From a virus: a stretch of 64,000 nt of DNA. The DNA is taken from the IMG/VR virus record IMGVR_UViG_3300043409_001033, positions 10,193-74,192 of that record. One strand, given 5' to 3'. The notes under the pieces are model-generated. The model was given only the letters and a program-made list of their open reading frames with translations. It was not told where the DNA came from and did no database searches. The translations under genes were made by a program, and so were the position numbers. Below, piece after piece: positions 46,663 to 57,180 of this stretch (its first letter is position 1; each line of letters begins with the position of its first letter).

Positions 46663-49600
46663 TTAATTTGATTTGTTAAGTGTATAATCATTTAGTAATT
46701 TTAACTTAACTTCTTTTGTAATAGTATCAATATTACTCAAAACATTTGGGTTAATGTTACTTGGAATTAAGAATCCGTATCCACTTGCTCCCGTCTTTTT
46801 CTTAAAATTGACAATTATGTTGGTTTCATCTTTAATTCGTTTTAAAATAACACATTCTTCAATGTTTTCTTTAGTCAAGTAACTCGGAATAGTATTAGAT
46901 AAAGTAATATTGATGTTAGAATTTGTAATAATAACGTTTCCTACTTCTAAGTAAAATGAATTTTTAGTTTTCGAGTCTTTAATATAGATAATATCTCCAC
47001 TTTCTATATTAAATGGTTCATTTATATCACCATACTTAGAATAAATTTTACTATTTGTAGAATTAAAAATACTATTATCTATATAGTTAATAAGTTGTCT
47101 TGTTAAAACAATAGATTTAGTATTCAACCCTTGAACAATATTATCATTATCTGCTATTTTTAAATTAGATACATTGGCAGTTGTATAAACAGATGAAGAT
47201 TTCATTAAAGTTATAGAGCCACTTGTAACATTATTTGTTTCTAATTGTTCTAATACAAATAAAACTTTATCATATTTAGATAATGTATTACTATTTTTTA
47301 TAGCAGTATAATCTTTTGTTAAAACCCCTCTATTTCCAACTGGAATATTTCCTAAAATAGTTGATAATTCAAAAACTGGTATGTTTATGTTTACTGTTTC
47401 TTGGTCTTCTTCTAAATATTCGTCGTATAGCTTTTCAACCGATTGAGTTGTAAGATTTTTTACTTCAAATAATTTACCAGTCGTATATGGTATAGTATCA
47501 TTAGAAGTATAAATTCTATATGTTCTTTGGTCAGAATTGATTCGACTAATATTATCCCATGTCCAAGTTCTATCAGGATTATATGGAGGTCTTGTTGTAC
47601 CAAGTGAGTTTTTACTATTTGACCAATAGTTATTGAAAAAAGTCATAGACTCGGTTCCGTTGATAGGTATTTCAAGATTTCGTTGGATAGTATTGTAAAT
47701 ATCTAAAGGAATCTCGTTTCCGTCTTGGTCAAATAACGGTTCTATTGGATTGTGTGTATAAATAACACTATCAATAATACTTTCATCTGAAATATAATTT
47801 TTATAAGTTGAAAGTTTATATTTGAATGAAAAACTACTTACGGTTGGTTTCAACAAAAGATTAATATCAACATTGAATTGATATTGATTTCTATTTGGAA
47901 TAGTATATGAAGAATATCTGTTATCTACCTCACTACCAACAATAAAACCACCCGTTGTATCGACATCTACTTGAGAAAAAAGGTCATAAATGAATTTTTT
48001 ATCACTAATATCTCTATCAAAAGGTTCTATGCTACGTAAATAAGTAGAATCTTCTTCACTTAATGAATCAAATTTGAAATATTTTTCAGAATTTGTAAAA
48101 TAAAATACAGGCTCAAATGAATAACCAGAAACAAATATTTCTTTTGAACCATCTAAAGATTTTTGATTAGAATATTTATTGACATCAAATAAAGAAACAA
48201 CCGCACTATCTCCTTTAACAAAATATCCTTGAATAGAATAAAAGTTCTTATTAGATTTATTCAAATCGGTCAAATTTCCATTAGAATCAACTAAATATTT
48301 TAATTGAATATTAGATTTTTTATCAAATATTTTATTTTCATACACATCAGTAAACAATCCAATTTTATCTACATAAGATTCAATTGTAGGAGTTTTGTTT
48401 AACGATATATCTCCTTGTGTATATTTATTTAATTGTTTACTTGATAATTTATTTCCTTTGTATTTTGAATTTATTATTCCTGTTTGATTTGAATAATATT
48501 TAGAATCAACTACATCGTTTGTTAAGTTATATACCGAATACTTAAATTCAGATAGTTCATTCTTTGATAATTTTGATTTTAAGAACTTATTTTTGTTGTT
48601 TGGTATAAATCCTTCACTAAACTCATAAACAGCCTTTAAATCGTCTAAATGAAGCTCAGATTGAACGTTAAACTTATTTAATATTTCGGTTTGTGTAGAA
48701 TCTATTACAAACTCTGGTCTTTGATGTTTTATTATATTCCTATGGAGTACGTTTTGTCTTATCAATATCCCAGTATTGGTTGTATGGGATACAGGAACAA
48801 AATCATAAATCATTTTAAATAACGAGTTATCAATGTATTGAATTAATTTTATATAATCTTTTACATTATAATTTCCAATAACTCTTTTTATATATGATTT
48901 TTTAATCAAGTCTAATGTAGAATATTTTGTATTGTACATACTACTTGGGTCTCCAATATAATCATCAATTGATATATGACCTAAGTTACTTATAATGTCA
49001 TCATCTTGTTCAAAAGTTGGCGAAAATACAACATCTAAGAATTTATAATCAATAAAATCAGGTTCAGATTGGTCAATTGAAGTAAAACCACTTAACAAAG
49101 TTCCATAATAATCTTTAGATTTTATTTTAATCGTATCGGTTACTCTTTTTGTAGTAGCCGTTCCAAAATTATTGTAATATATTTCATCATAATTAGTCAC
49201 ATAGTTATTTTTATTTGGAAAACCAGTAAAAGTAACATACCAACTTGAATAAGGTTTGTTATAACTAAGAGATGGAAGAGTTGTTACCGAACTATGATTA
49301 TAAGTCATTAAATCCGTTCCAAGTGGCAGATAATACAATATATTATCAATAAAACCAGTTACATTCGATGATTCTACCGATTTAGGATTATAAAATCTAC
49401 TAATAAGATATTTATCTTCCAAAACATCGTTTCTTACTTCTAAAGATTGAATATTATAATCTAATCCTTGTCCAATAACTAATGACAAAGTTTTATCTAA
49501 TATTACAGTTGGTTCATTTGTAATTTGTAAAGAACTTGTATAAACTTGAACTGTTTTAGCAGAATCTTCTTTAACAATATGAATTGTATAAATTCCTTTA

Positions 49601-51594
49601 TTATTAGTTTGGTTATATTCTCTACTTAAATAAACATAAAACCATTCTTGGTCATAAAGTTCTACTTCTACTTTTTGACTTACATTATATCCATAATTAA
49701 GATATACTTTAGACGGTTTATTATCATAATTTTCAAGATTACAAGTTATAAAATCTTGACTTGTTGTTTTTAGTTTAAATAATGTTTCAGATTGTTGAAA
49801 TACTGTTTGACCCGTAAATAAATCATTCGAGTTGAAATCACTTGGTCTAAAATCTCCTACTGAAACATTTGAACCAGATGGTTTACTATTTAGTTTAAAT
49901 CTAAATCCTACTGAACTTGGTACTAAATCATTTGAGCCAGATGTCTTAAATGGAATGGTTAAATATCCATCTCTATTAGCATCAAGAGCATAATTAAATA
50001 CATGGTCTTTTGATTCAAACGTATTTATTTCATTTGATAATGAACCATAATTGTATATTCTATAAACAGTATCGGGAATACCAAAAATATTTATTAATTG
50101 ACGTAAACCATTAATTGTCCCTTTACTTTTAAATAAGTAGGGTAAATTATGATAAAGTCTTTTGTAAATTTCTTTTGAATAGTTTTTTTGTGGTAGTTGA
50201 GTTACATCAACATTTGATAAACTATTGTATAACTTAACCCCAAATGATTTTAATACAGTCTCGACTAAATCAGGAGATATACCTTTATTCATATTGTTGT
50301 TAGCAACATAAATGTCAGTCATCTTTCTAATATAAATCCAAATATTATCAAAATGATGTCCTACTAAATTTAAAAAATGAAACAATGGAGTGTTTCTTTC
50401 ATCAATTAAGATATAATTAGGAATACTATTAACAAGAGATGATAAATTAAAATCATCATAGATTTTTGCTTCTCCTAATATACCAGAGTTATTAGAACCT
50501 TCATAATCAGCATTTCCTAACCAGTTTATTACGGTTTGTGATGAAGATGGTAAAAGTAACCCATCATTATCTTTTGGATATGCTTTTGGAGAAGTTGACG
50601 TATATAAGAAATATTCGTATTGGTCAAATTTAGTTAATACGTCACTTAATCTACTTTGATAAGTAATTATATTTCCAATATTATTATCAATGTTGTATAG
50701 ATATGTTTCTATTAGATTAACTTTATACATAAAGTTTTTAATCCTTGAAACAATATTACTAAAATGGACAAACTCACTAAAGTCTTCCCAATTTACATTT
50801 ATTGGAAGAGATTTATTGTTAGGTTTACTGAAAAATAAATTATTAAATCCTCCAAAGTTTTGTTCTAATGTATCCGTATCTAAGTAATCGGTTGAAAATG
50901 ATTTCTTATCGTCTAAATTAATATCAAAATTTGGTTGGAGTTTTTTGACAGGTTCAATTGCTTGAGTAGGTAAAACTAACTCAATATCAACAACGTTAGT
51001 CGGAATGACTTCTTGTTGAACCCAACAAAATGATTTTGTTGTTATAGAAACATCAAGTGGTTCATATAACTTTACATATATTTCGTAAACATCATCATTA
51101 GTATTTAAGGCAACGTTTACTATTAAAAATAATTTATTTGATTGAAAGTTTAATAAATCATACTTTAAATAGTTGTATTTTTCAAAATTATCTTTAAGAG
51201 TGTTATATAATGACTCTATCTCTATATTAGATAAAGTGTTTGAACTTAAAGAAATCTCTTGTCTATTAGAAGAAATTTCTTTAATAAATAGATATTCATT
51301 AGATAATTTTCTTAAAAAATTATAATGTATAGAATATTTTCCTTCAACAAATCCTCTATTAGTACAATCTAAGATAGGGTCTATCTCAAGTGATTGTAAA
51401 TTACTATTCAGTAAACCATAATTAGCATCGGGTTTATAAGAAGTGTAATTATAATCGCTTGTGACAAGAGTATTATTTGAATCGTATATGTGTATCTCAG
51501 CTACATCATTAACTAACCCAAAGACATCTAATAACTCTTTGTTATTAATTAAAGACAAATCGCTTGGATTTATTTTATTGAGATATTGTGACAT
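46663..51594 (-). CDS. Large baseplate wedge protein (gp7 / P2 gpI-like motif)
   Basis: 1643 aa; VGHHFDNIW.YI, EIYKRLYHNLPYLFKSKGT..GLR.LI..FGIP. Confidence 0.7.
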   Translation of the reverse strand: MSQYLNKINPSDLSLINNKELLDVFGLVNDVAEIHIYDSNNTLVTSDYNYTSYKPDANYGLLNSNLQSLEIDPILDCTNRGFVEGKYSIHYNFLRKLSNEYLFIKEISSNRQEISLSSNTLSNIEIESLYNTLKDNFEKYNYLKYDLLNFQSNKLFLIVNVALNTNDDVYEIYVKLYEPLDVSITTKSFCWVQQEVIPTNVVDIELVLPTQAIEPVKKLQPNFDINLDDKKSFSTDYLDTDTLEQNFGGFNNLFFSKPNNKSLPINVNWEDFSEFVHFSNIVSRIKNFMYKVNLIETYLYNIDNNIGNIITYQSRLSDVLTKFDQYEYFLYTSTSPKAYPKDNDGLLLPSSSQTVINWLGNADYEGSNNSGILGEAKIYDDFNLSSLVNSIPNYILIDERNTPLFHFLNLVGHHFDNIWIYIRKMTDIYVANNNMNKGISPDLVETVLKSFGVKLYNSLSNVDVTQLPQKNYSKEIYKRLYHNLPYLFKSKGTINGLRQLINIFGIPDTVYRIYNYGSLSNEINTFESKDHVFNYALDANRDGYLTIPFKTSGSNDLVPSSVGFRFKLNSKPSGSNVSVGDFRPSDFNSNDLFTGQTVFQQSETLFKLKTTSQDFITCNLENYDNKPSKVYLNYGYNVSQKVEVELYDQEWFYVYLSREYNQTNNKGIYTIHIVKEDSAKTVQVYTSSLQITNEPTVILDKTLSLVIGQGLDYNIQSLEVRNDVLEDKYLISRFYNPKSVESSNVTGFIDNILYYLPLGTDLMTYNHSSVTTLPSLSYNKPYSSWYVTFTGFPNKNNYVTNYDEIYYNNFGTATTKRVTDTIKIKSKDYYGTLLSGFTSIDQSEPDFIDYKFLDVVFSPTFEQDDDIISNLGHISIDDYIGDPSSMYNTKYSTLDLIKKSYIKRVIGNYNVKDYIKLIQYIDNSLFKMIYDFVPVSHTTNTGILIRQNVLHRNIIKHQRPEFVIDSTQTEILNKFNVQSELHLDDLKAVYEFSEGFIPNNKNKFLKSKLSKNELSEFKYSVYNLTNDVVDSKYYSNQTGIINSKYKGNKLSSKQLNKYTQGDISLNKTPTIESYVDKIGLFTDVYENKIFDKKSNIQLKYLVDSNGNLTDLNKSNKNFYSIQGYFVKGDSAVVSLFDVNKYSNQKSLDGSKEIFVSGYSFEPVFYFTNSEKYFKFDSLSEEDSTYLRSIEPFDRDISDKKFIYDLFSQVDVDTTGGFIVGSEVDNRYSSYTIPNRNQYQFNVDINLLLKPTVSSFSFKYKLSTYKNYISDESIIDSVIYTHNPIEPLFDQDGNEIPLDIYNTIQRNLEIPINGTESMTFFNNYWSNSKNSLGTTRPPYNPDRTWTWDNISRINSDQRTYRIYTSNDTIPYTTGKLFEVKNLTTQSVEKLYDEYLEEDQETVNINIPVFELSTILGNIPVGNRGVLTKDYTAIKNSNTLSKYDKVLFVLEQLETNNVTSGSITLMKSSSVYTTANVSNLKIADNDNIVQGLNTKSIVLTRQLINYIDNSIFNSTNSKIYSKYGDINEPFNIESGDIIYIKDSKTKNSFYLEVGNVIITNSNINITLSNTIPSYLTKENIEECVILKRIKDETNIIVNFKKKTGASGYGFLIPSNINPNVLSNIDTITKEVKLKLLNDYTLNKSN

Positions 51595-51919
51595 TCTTAA
51601 TAGTTTCTAATTCTTGGGTAGTTGTTAATAATTGTTGATTAAGAGTAGTTATCTCATCTAATAGTTCTTGAACAGAATTTGTAGATAGGTTTATACCCAA
51701 ATATTCAGCAGATTTTTCTACTAAATATCTATGAGATTGGATTCCTTCTTTTGGAATAGCGTAGAATAAATCTTCATAAAGTTGAAAAAAATCTTCAATC
51801 GTTAGTTCTTGAATTACAGGTGTAGTAGTACTTTGGTCAATAAGTTGACGAAAAGAAGTATCTATTGTATTTTTAAAATCAGATTTTGATAATATTGATG
51901 TCTTTACTTCAATCTTCAT
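51575..51919 (-). CDS. Conserved virion protein
   Basis: IDTSFRQL...FF.LY..LFY.IPKEG..SH.YL...S.EY; late promoter at 51929-51937. Confidence 0.6.
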   Translation of the reverse strand: MKIEVKTSILSKSDFKNTIDTSFRQLIDQSTTTPVIQELTIEDFFQLYEDLFYAIPKEGIQSHRYLVEKSAEYLGINLSTNSVQELLDEITTLNQQLLTTTQELETIKNVTISQ

Positions 51920-51939
51920 CTTTTTAATTATAAATATAT

Positions 51940-51972
51940 AAAAAAGAAAACAAGCCTAAAAGACTTGTTTCT
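51940..51972 (-). terminator. Rho-independent terminator
   Basis: AACAAGTC-TTTTA-GGCTTGTT followed by TTCTTTTTT. Confidence 0.7.
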
Positions 51973-52005
51973 AATCGTCAATCATGGATTTACAGTATCA
52001 ATCTG

Positions 52006-52329
52006 TTATTTTATTTGACTGTCAATTGGCGACATTCTACCAATTCTATGCGGTCTAAAATTTGGTGGGTAGGTTTGTAATATTTTATTTAACTTTTCTA
52101 AATTTTCAAAATATTTTTCACTTTTAGATAATCTTTCTATAATTCTATGAAAATCATTGATAGATATATTAGTTGATTCGTTTGCATTTATAGTACCATC
52201 CCATGAATCGTAATAGCGTTGTTCACTTTCATAATCAGCTTTAAATTTTTCTTGTAATTCAAATTTTTCCTTTGGTTCTTTAAACAGATTATTGAACCAT
52301 GATGTTAGTTTATTTAGTAATTTCTTCAT
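52006..52329 (-). CDS. Hypothetical accessory protein
   Basis: 107 aa ORF inserted among baseplate genes. Confidence 0.5.
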   Translation of the reverse strand: MKKLLNKLTSWFNNLFKEPKEKFELQEKFKADYESEQRYYDSWDGTINANESTNISINDFHRIIERLSKSEKYFENLEKLNKILQTYPPNFRPHRIGRMSPIDSQIK

Positions 52330-52332
52330 AAT

Positions 52333-53001
52333 TTATAAATCACGTGTAAACACTCTTGTAAAATTAGTTGCAATATAACCAGAATTGTCCGTGGCAACTG
52401 GATTAAATCCTTGCAGATATTTATCTATATACTTAATAAAAAATTTATAGGAACCACACCAGTAATATATTTCATAAACAAATCTAACAAATCCTTCTGA
52501 ATTTTTTATTTGGCTGATATATTCATTTTTATAAAAATCATCTAAAGATTTAACTCTAAAATCATACCCATTAATTAAACTTATTTCCGATTTATTGTAT
52601 GGTAGATTGTCTATATTTATCTTTTCTCGTTCCAGTTTGTAAGTATAATACCAAGATAAATCAGATTCAGATAAACTTGGGTATTTAGCAGTGATACTTG
52701 AAATAGGAGTTGTCTTTAAACATTTTAACAAATTGTACCTATATTCATTTTTAAATAATTTAGCATCCTCGTTATATGAATTTATTTTTGAAAATTCTTC
52801 ATCGGTTAATTGACCAAAATCAATCGTACTACGACTATATAAAGGGTCTATTGATTTACGTTTAAAATTATTATCTACAAAAGAAAATATATCTTCATCT
52901 TTACTGACGGTATTTAGATGCTCTAAGTCATGTTCATTGTAAATAATACTTTCGATTAATTTATCATTAGATTCTTTGTTATGTATTTCTATAATTTTCA
53001 T
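52333..53001 (-). CDS. Hypothetical accessory protein
   Basis: 222 aa ORF inserted among baseplate genes. Confidence 0.5.
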   Translation of the reverse strand: MKIIEIHNKESNDKLIESIIYNEHDLEHLNTVSKDEDIFSFVDNNFKRKSIDPLYSRSTIDFGQLTDEEFSKINSYNEDAKLFKNEYRYNLLKCLKTTPISSITAKYPSLSESDLSWYYTYKLEREKINIDNLPYNKSEISLINGYDFRVKSLDDFYKNEYISQIKNSEGFVRFVYEIYYWCGSYKFFIKYIDKYLQGFNPVATDNSGYIATNFTRVFTRDL

Positions 53002-53012
53002 AATAATTTCAT

Positions 53013-53044
53013 AAAATAAGGTAAATCTAAAAGACTTACCTTAT
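53013..53044 (-). terminator. Hairpin / probable terminator
   Basis: ATAAGGTAAGTC-TTTTA-GATTTACCTTAT-TTT; the U-tract is short. Confidence 0.55.
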
Positions 53045-53126
53045 ACATCAAACCTTTAAAACAATGAATAACTAATATGTTACCCGTACATAATCAATAC
53101 AAATTACTTATTAAAAAAGTTCCATT

Positions 53127-54101
53127 TTAATCATTTATTTTAAAATATAAATCATCTTTGAAAATATATTCATTTCCATTGATTATTGTTTTGATGTCTA
53201 TGGTATAAAATCTATTAGTTTGAAAATTAGTTGTATCAAACATAAAGAAGTTTCCATTGTTATCTAAACTTACTTTGGTATAATTTGTATCAAAATCTAT
53301 AACATAAAAATCTGCCTTTAAATCTCTTATAGCATAGTAAGTAGTCGAAGGTAAATATTTTTTTACATTATATTGAGATACTTTTTGGAAAGTTCTTGTT
53401 GGATATTTTTCTCTACAAGAAACATTTATTCTATATTTATGTCCTTGATATAGTTTAAATGGATTACTTGCTAATGTAACGTAAGGTTCGGTTGTTATAA
53501 CACTTCCTGATAATGAGTTTAGATAAGTTGAATCGTCATATCTTAGTTCATAGTATGGTTGATATATTGTATGGGTATCTTTGGAATAAAGATTTAGTAA
53601 ATAAGTAGAACCAGATTTAATTGTTAAATCATTTTTTATTTGTAGACTATAAGAATAGGTTGTAGAACCAGAAAGGTTGAAATTAATATCTTTGTCACTA
53701 TAAATAGTGTATGTATTTTCAGAAATTAATATTTCGGTTGATAAATATGAAGCAGAGTATTTATTCCAAGTAATTCCAGTTGTGTCATTATTACCATTTG
53801 TTAGTTTATCTATCCCATTAGACCAACTATTATTTGAAAGTTCTTTTAATTGCAAAGAATATTCAGATGGTAAAGTGTGTCCATTACAAAAATATATTTT
53901 CATATTTTCATAATAAGAACCAGTTATGTTAGCCTTTTTTAAAGCTATTGCAGAAGAATCAAATGATATTAAGGAGCGTGTTACACTATTTTCTATTTGA
54001 TTGATACCCACGTCAAGAATCTCATCTAAACCCGTGTTTTTGTCGGGTAAATATGAATATATAGATGCGTCTTTTGTGGGTAGTAATTTAATAATTGCCA
54101 T
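53127..54101 (-). CDS. Virion protein (DNRLRE-like N-terminal domain)
   Basis: P.KDASIYS....NTGLDEIL...RSLI.F...YSKDTHTIYQP..E.RYDD; R.KYP.RTF. Confidence 0.6.
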   Translation of the reverse strand: MAIIKLLPTKDASIYSYLPDKNTGLDEILDVGINQIENSVTRSLISFDSSAIALKKANITGSYYENMKIYFCNGHTLPSEYSLQLKELSNNSWSNGIDKLTNGNNDTTGITWNKYSASYLSTEILISENTYTIYSDKDINFNLSGSTTYSYSLQIKNDLTIKSGSTYLLNLYSKDTHTIYQPYYELRYDDSTYLNSLSGSVITTEPYVTLASNPFKLYQGHKYRINVSCREKYPTRTFQKVSQYNVKKYLPSTTYYAIRDLKADFYVIDFDTNYTKVSLDNNGNFFMFDTTNFQTNRFYTIDIKTIINGNEYIFKDDLYFKIND

Positions 54102-54707
54102 TTATTTTTGTACAATAGGTGTTGTTTCTTTTAAACCTTTTAAAAATAATAAATAATGTTTGGCGATTTCTTCTGCTTTATCGGGTAGTAATTCACCCTT
54201 TCTAACTCCGTTGATTATTCTTCGAGCGTTGATTGGGTCGGTTGTTTTTTGATTAAAATATTGTTCGAGTCTTCTACCAGTAAAAAATCCACCATAAAAT
54301 CCTTTAAACATAATTTTTACTGCTACTTGTGGGTCTAACGCTAAATCGGGATTTTTTAATAAATCTATCTTTAATATTTTACCCATTTTTTCATAATTGT
54401 AATCCCATGTTAATTGAACATAACCTCTTCCATAATAAACTAAACCTCTATCATTTGGTTTACCGTACTTATATTTTTTCCCAAGTCCATATTCTCTTAT
54501 TGGTAAAAATGTAAAAGCCGTTTCGTGCCACGCTGTTGCGAGCATATACGCAAAACGTTTTTTATCTACTTCTAAATCTCCCGACTCATACAAATAAGTA
54601 TCCCATTCGTCAAAAAATATTTTTGCGTTTCGTATATTTTTCTTAAATCTACTTGCAATAGATGGACTTATAGTATCGGTAAAATATTGAAAATCAAATT
54701 GTGCCAT
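54102..54707 (-). CDS. Glycoside hydrolase family 19 endolysin
   Basis: AYMLATAWHET..TF.PI.E, YYGRGYVQLTWDYNY, DLL.NPDLAL, ARRIING. Confidence 0.88.
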   Translation of the reverse strand: MAQFDFQYFTDTISPSIASRFKKNIRNAKIFFDEWDTYLYESGDLEVDKKRFAYMLATAWHETAFTFLPIREYGLGKKYKYGKPNDRGLVYYGRGYVQLTWDYNYEKMGKILKIDLLKNPDLALDPQVAVKIMFKGFYGGFFTGRRLEQYFNQKTTDPINARRIINGVRKGELLPDKAEEIAKHYLLFLKGLKETTPIVQK

Positions 54708-54708
54708 A

Positions 54709-56478
54709 TTAGTAATTATTAACTCTTCCTTTAATGTCGTACATTGGTGACTTTATTTCAAAAATTGACAAATCAATAGGAGGATAAATTATATTGTTTC
54801 TTGTTGCTCCCGTGAAATCATAAGACCATTGTGAATAACCATTACCATAAACATTTTCTAAAGTAATTTTTATCACAGATTGTAAACCTTTTACTTGAGA
54901 TAAAGCATTATAAATATCGGTTAAAATAATTGGTTGATTTATAGACCATTTATCTCTATCAAAAAAGTCTTTTAAAATGTTATTACATTTAATTAATATT
55001 TCATTTGAATTATAAGTTGGTAAAATTGAAATATCGTAATACAATTTAAAATTTATAATATTTGCATCTTGAATAACAATCTTATCATCCCCACTATATC
55101 TTGATAAATATGTTTTTAAATTTTCTTTTCCTACTTGATTTAAAGTTGATAATGTTCCATCATTACCATATCCAAGAACGTATAAATTTACATTTGTTTT
55201 CGCTTTTTGAACATAAACCTTTGAAATTGTTCCATACTTACTTGGTAAAGATAAACATCTAACTAAATAATCAGATTCAGAAACTACTCTATTTTGTGTT
55301 GTATAGGCAGATAAAGCCTTTAATCTAATTTCTTCAATAGAATCTCCATCCGAACCACCTCTTGCAGGATTTACGTTGTTTGTAGAGATTGATTGTAATA
55401 CGTATTCTAATTGAGTTTGGTCTAAAGTAGTATTTTGAACAACATTGATAGTAGAAACACTATTAATAGTATTTGCTTCAACGTTTGATTCAACTCCACC
55501 GCCAACTAAATAATTTACGGTTAGTGTAACATTTCTTGGAGCTATACCGTAGGTGTTAGTTGTTGTAAAATTGGTAATATCATAACTTGTTTCTAATTTT
55601 GTTCTTGTGTTATAGATATTAATTCCTACGTTATCAGGATTTAAGATAACTTCTTCATCGACACTATCATTGATTCCACTACCAAATTCTATTTGAAGCG
55701 TATTATCTTCTCTAAATCTTGAAACAAATCTTCTTGGAACTCTTTTTACCTTTAGATGATATAATCCATTTGAATCTTTAAAATCTTCAAAAATTGTATC
55801 TTGTGCTAAATTATCTACTTCAAACCATTTATATCCATCGCTATCTACAATATTTAAAATTTCGATAATATTATCATCAATTAAATCTAATGTTAGATAT
55901 TTTTGAGCAGTTCCAATATCAAATGTTTGAGATTTTGTTTGTCCCGAAATAGCTAAAACTTCTTTCGATAGTAGATAATAAGTAGGATTTCCTAAATTAT
56001 CAGTTTGCCAAACTCTTTCGGTTCTTTTATCATTAATATTATTGATTGTAAAATCAACCGTATCTTGAATTAAAAAGTTAATACCAGTTGTTAAACTTGT
56101 TACAACGGTTCCCGATTCTATTAATACGCAATAATCATAATCTGGAAAATAAGCGTCTTCAACTAATTTACTTGGAATTTGTTGGTATACCGTTAGAGTT
56201 ACAACCGAAGGACTTGTAACCTTTGGCTTATAACCTAATTGATACGATATTGAAAATAGATTTTTTCTTTCTTTGGCTTGTAATAGTAAGTTTTCGGATA
56301 ATTGAGAATCACTATAAAAAGACAAAGTATCACCAACCATAGCCACTAAATCAAAAAACATTTTACCCACACTTTCATCAGAAAAATCAGAGTAAGTATT
56401 GGGAAAATATGTTTTAGCAAGTTCGGTTAGTTCTTTGCTATAATCACTAAAAGATTTATTTAAGTAAGAAAAATCCAT
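54709..56478 (-). CDS. Baseplate wedge subunit (T4 gp6 / P2 gpJ-like)
   Basis: YFPNTYSDF...GD.LSFY.D.Q..E..L..A.ER, LGYKP, FGSG, GG.D..S.EEIR....Q.R.V...DY. Confidence 0.88.
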   Translation of the reverse strand: MDFSYLNKSFSDYSKELTELAKTYFPNTYSDFSDESVGKMFFDLVAMVGDTLSFYSDSQLSENLLLQAKERKNLFSISYQLGYKPKVTSPSVVTLTVYQQIPSKLVEDAYFPDYDYCVLIESGTVVTSLTTGINFLIQDTVDFTINNINDKRTERVWQTDNLGNPTYYLLSKEVLAISGQTKSQTFDIGTAQKYLTLDLIDDNIIEILNIVDSDGYKWFEVDNLAQDTIFEDFKDSNGLYHLKVKRVPRRFVSRFREDNTLQIEFGSGINDSVDEEVILNPDNVGINIYNTRTKLETSYDITNFTTTNTYGIAPRNVTLTVNYLVGGGVESNVEANTINSVSTINVVQNTTLDQTQLEYVLQSISTNNVNPARGGSDGDSIEEIRLKALSAYTTQNRVVSESDYLVRCLSLPSKYGTISKVYVQKAKTNVNLYVLGYGNDGTLSTLNQVGKENLKTYLSRYSGDDKIVIQDANIINFKLYYDISILPTYNSNEILIKCNNILKDFFDRDKWSINQPIILTDIYNALSQVKGLQSVIKITLENVYGNGYSQWSYDFTGATRNNIIYPPIDLSIFEIKSPMYDIKGRVNNY

Positions 56479-56868
56479 TTATTTGAAAGTGAGGATAATT
56501 GTATCAGATTCAGATTCATATATTACATTATATTCTAAATATAATGCTTCTAAAGAATTATCATAATCATTTTCAATATCCAAATTTAATATATTAATTT
56601 GACCTATAAAATAAGTTGAAATATCGGTTAATAGTTCTTCTTTGAAATTATCATTATCAATCATTGGTTCAAATAATCTTTTTCTAAGACTTGTTCCAAA
56701 CGATTGATTATAAGGTCTTTCTCCTTTCTCGGTTAAAATAAAATTTGTAAGATTGGCTTTTATTTGTTCTCTTTGAGATGAAGTTGAATTAAACACACTC
56801 GCTCCATCGAAAGGAATATTTATTCCAATCTTTTTTGTTTTATTCTTATTTTGAGAAATTATTTTCAT
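56479..56868 (-). CDS. gp25: Baseplate wedge subunit (T4 gp25 / gpW-like)
   Basis: QIKANL.N.ILT.KGERP....FGT.LR..LFEP. Confidence 0.88.
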   Translation of the reverse strand: MKIISQNKNKTKKIGINIPFDGASVFNSTSSQREQIKANLTNFILTEKGERPYNQSFGTSLRKRLFEPMIDNDNFKEELLTDISTYFIGQINILNLDIENDYDNSLEALYLEYNVIYESESDTIILTFK

Positions 56869-57173
56869 TAATCGTTGAATCCATAATTGTTAATACCAGC
56901 AAGTCCCATAGGGTCGGCTTTCATAAATCCTTCAAAAAGACTATGAGAATCTAATTGAATAGATTGAATAGCAGATGTATTTTGTGGTTGTTCTTCGTAA
57001 ATATTAACATTTCGTCTTGGTTGACTACGAACTTCATTTAACATTTGTTTATTTGAAGAAATCATTTGTCTCATTTCATTCAACATTACCTTTTTGAGTT
57101 TCAACAATTCATCTTGCAACACCTCTCTAACGGCTTCTTGAAGTAATTCTCTTTGTTTTTCTGCTTGTGTCAT
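56868..57173 (-). CDS. Hypothetical virion protein with repeated L-x-E sites
   Basis: LLQEAVREVLQDEL...MLNE...MLNE. Confidence 0.55.
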   Translation of the reverse strand: MTQAEKQRELLQEAVREVLQDELLKLKKVMLNEMRQMISSNKQMLNEVRSQPRRNVNIYEEQPQNTSAIQSIQLDSHSLFEGFMKADPMGLAGINNYGFND

Positions 57174-57180
57174 ATTTTTA

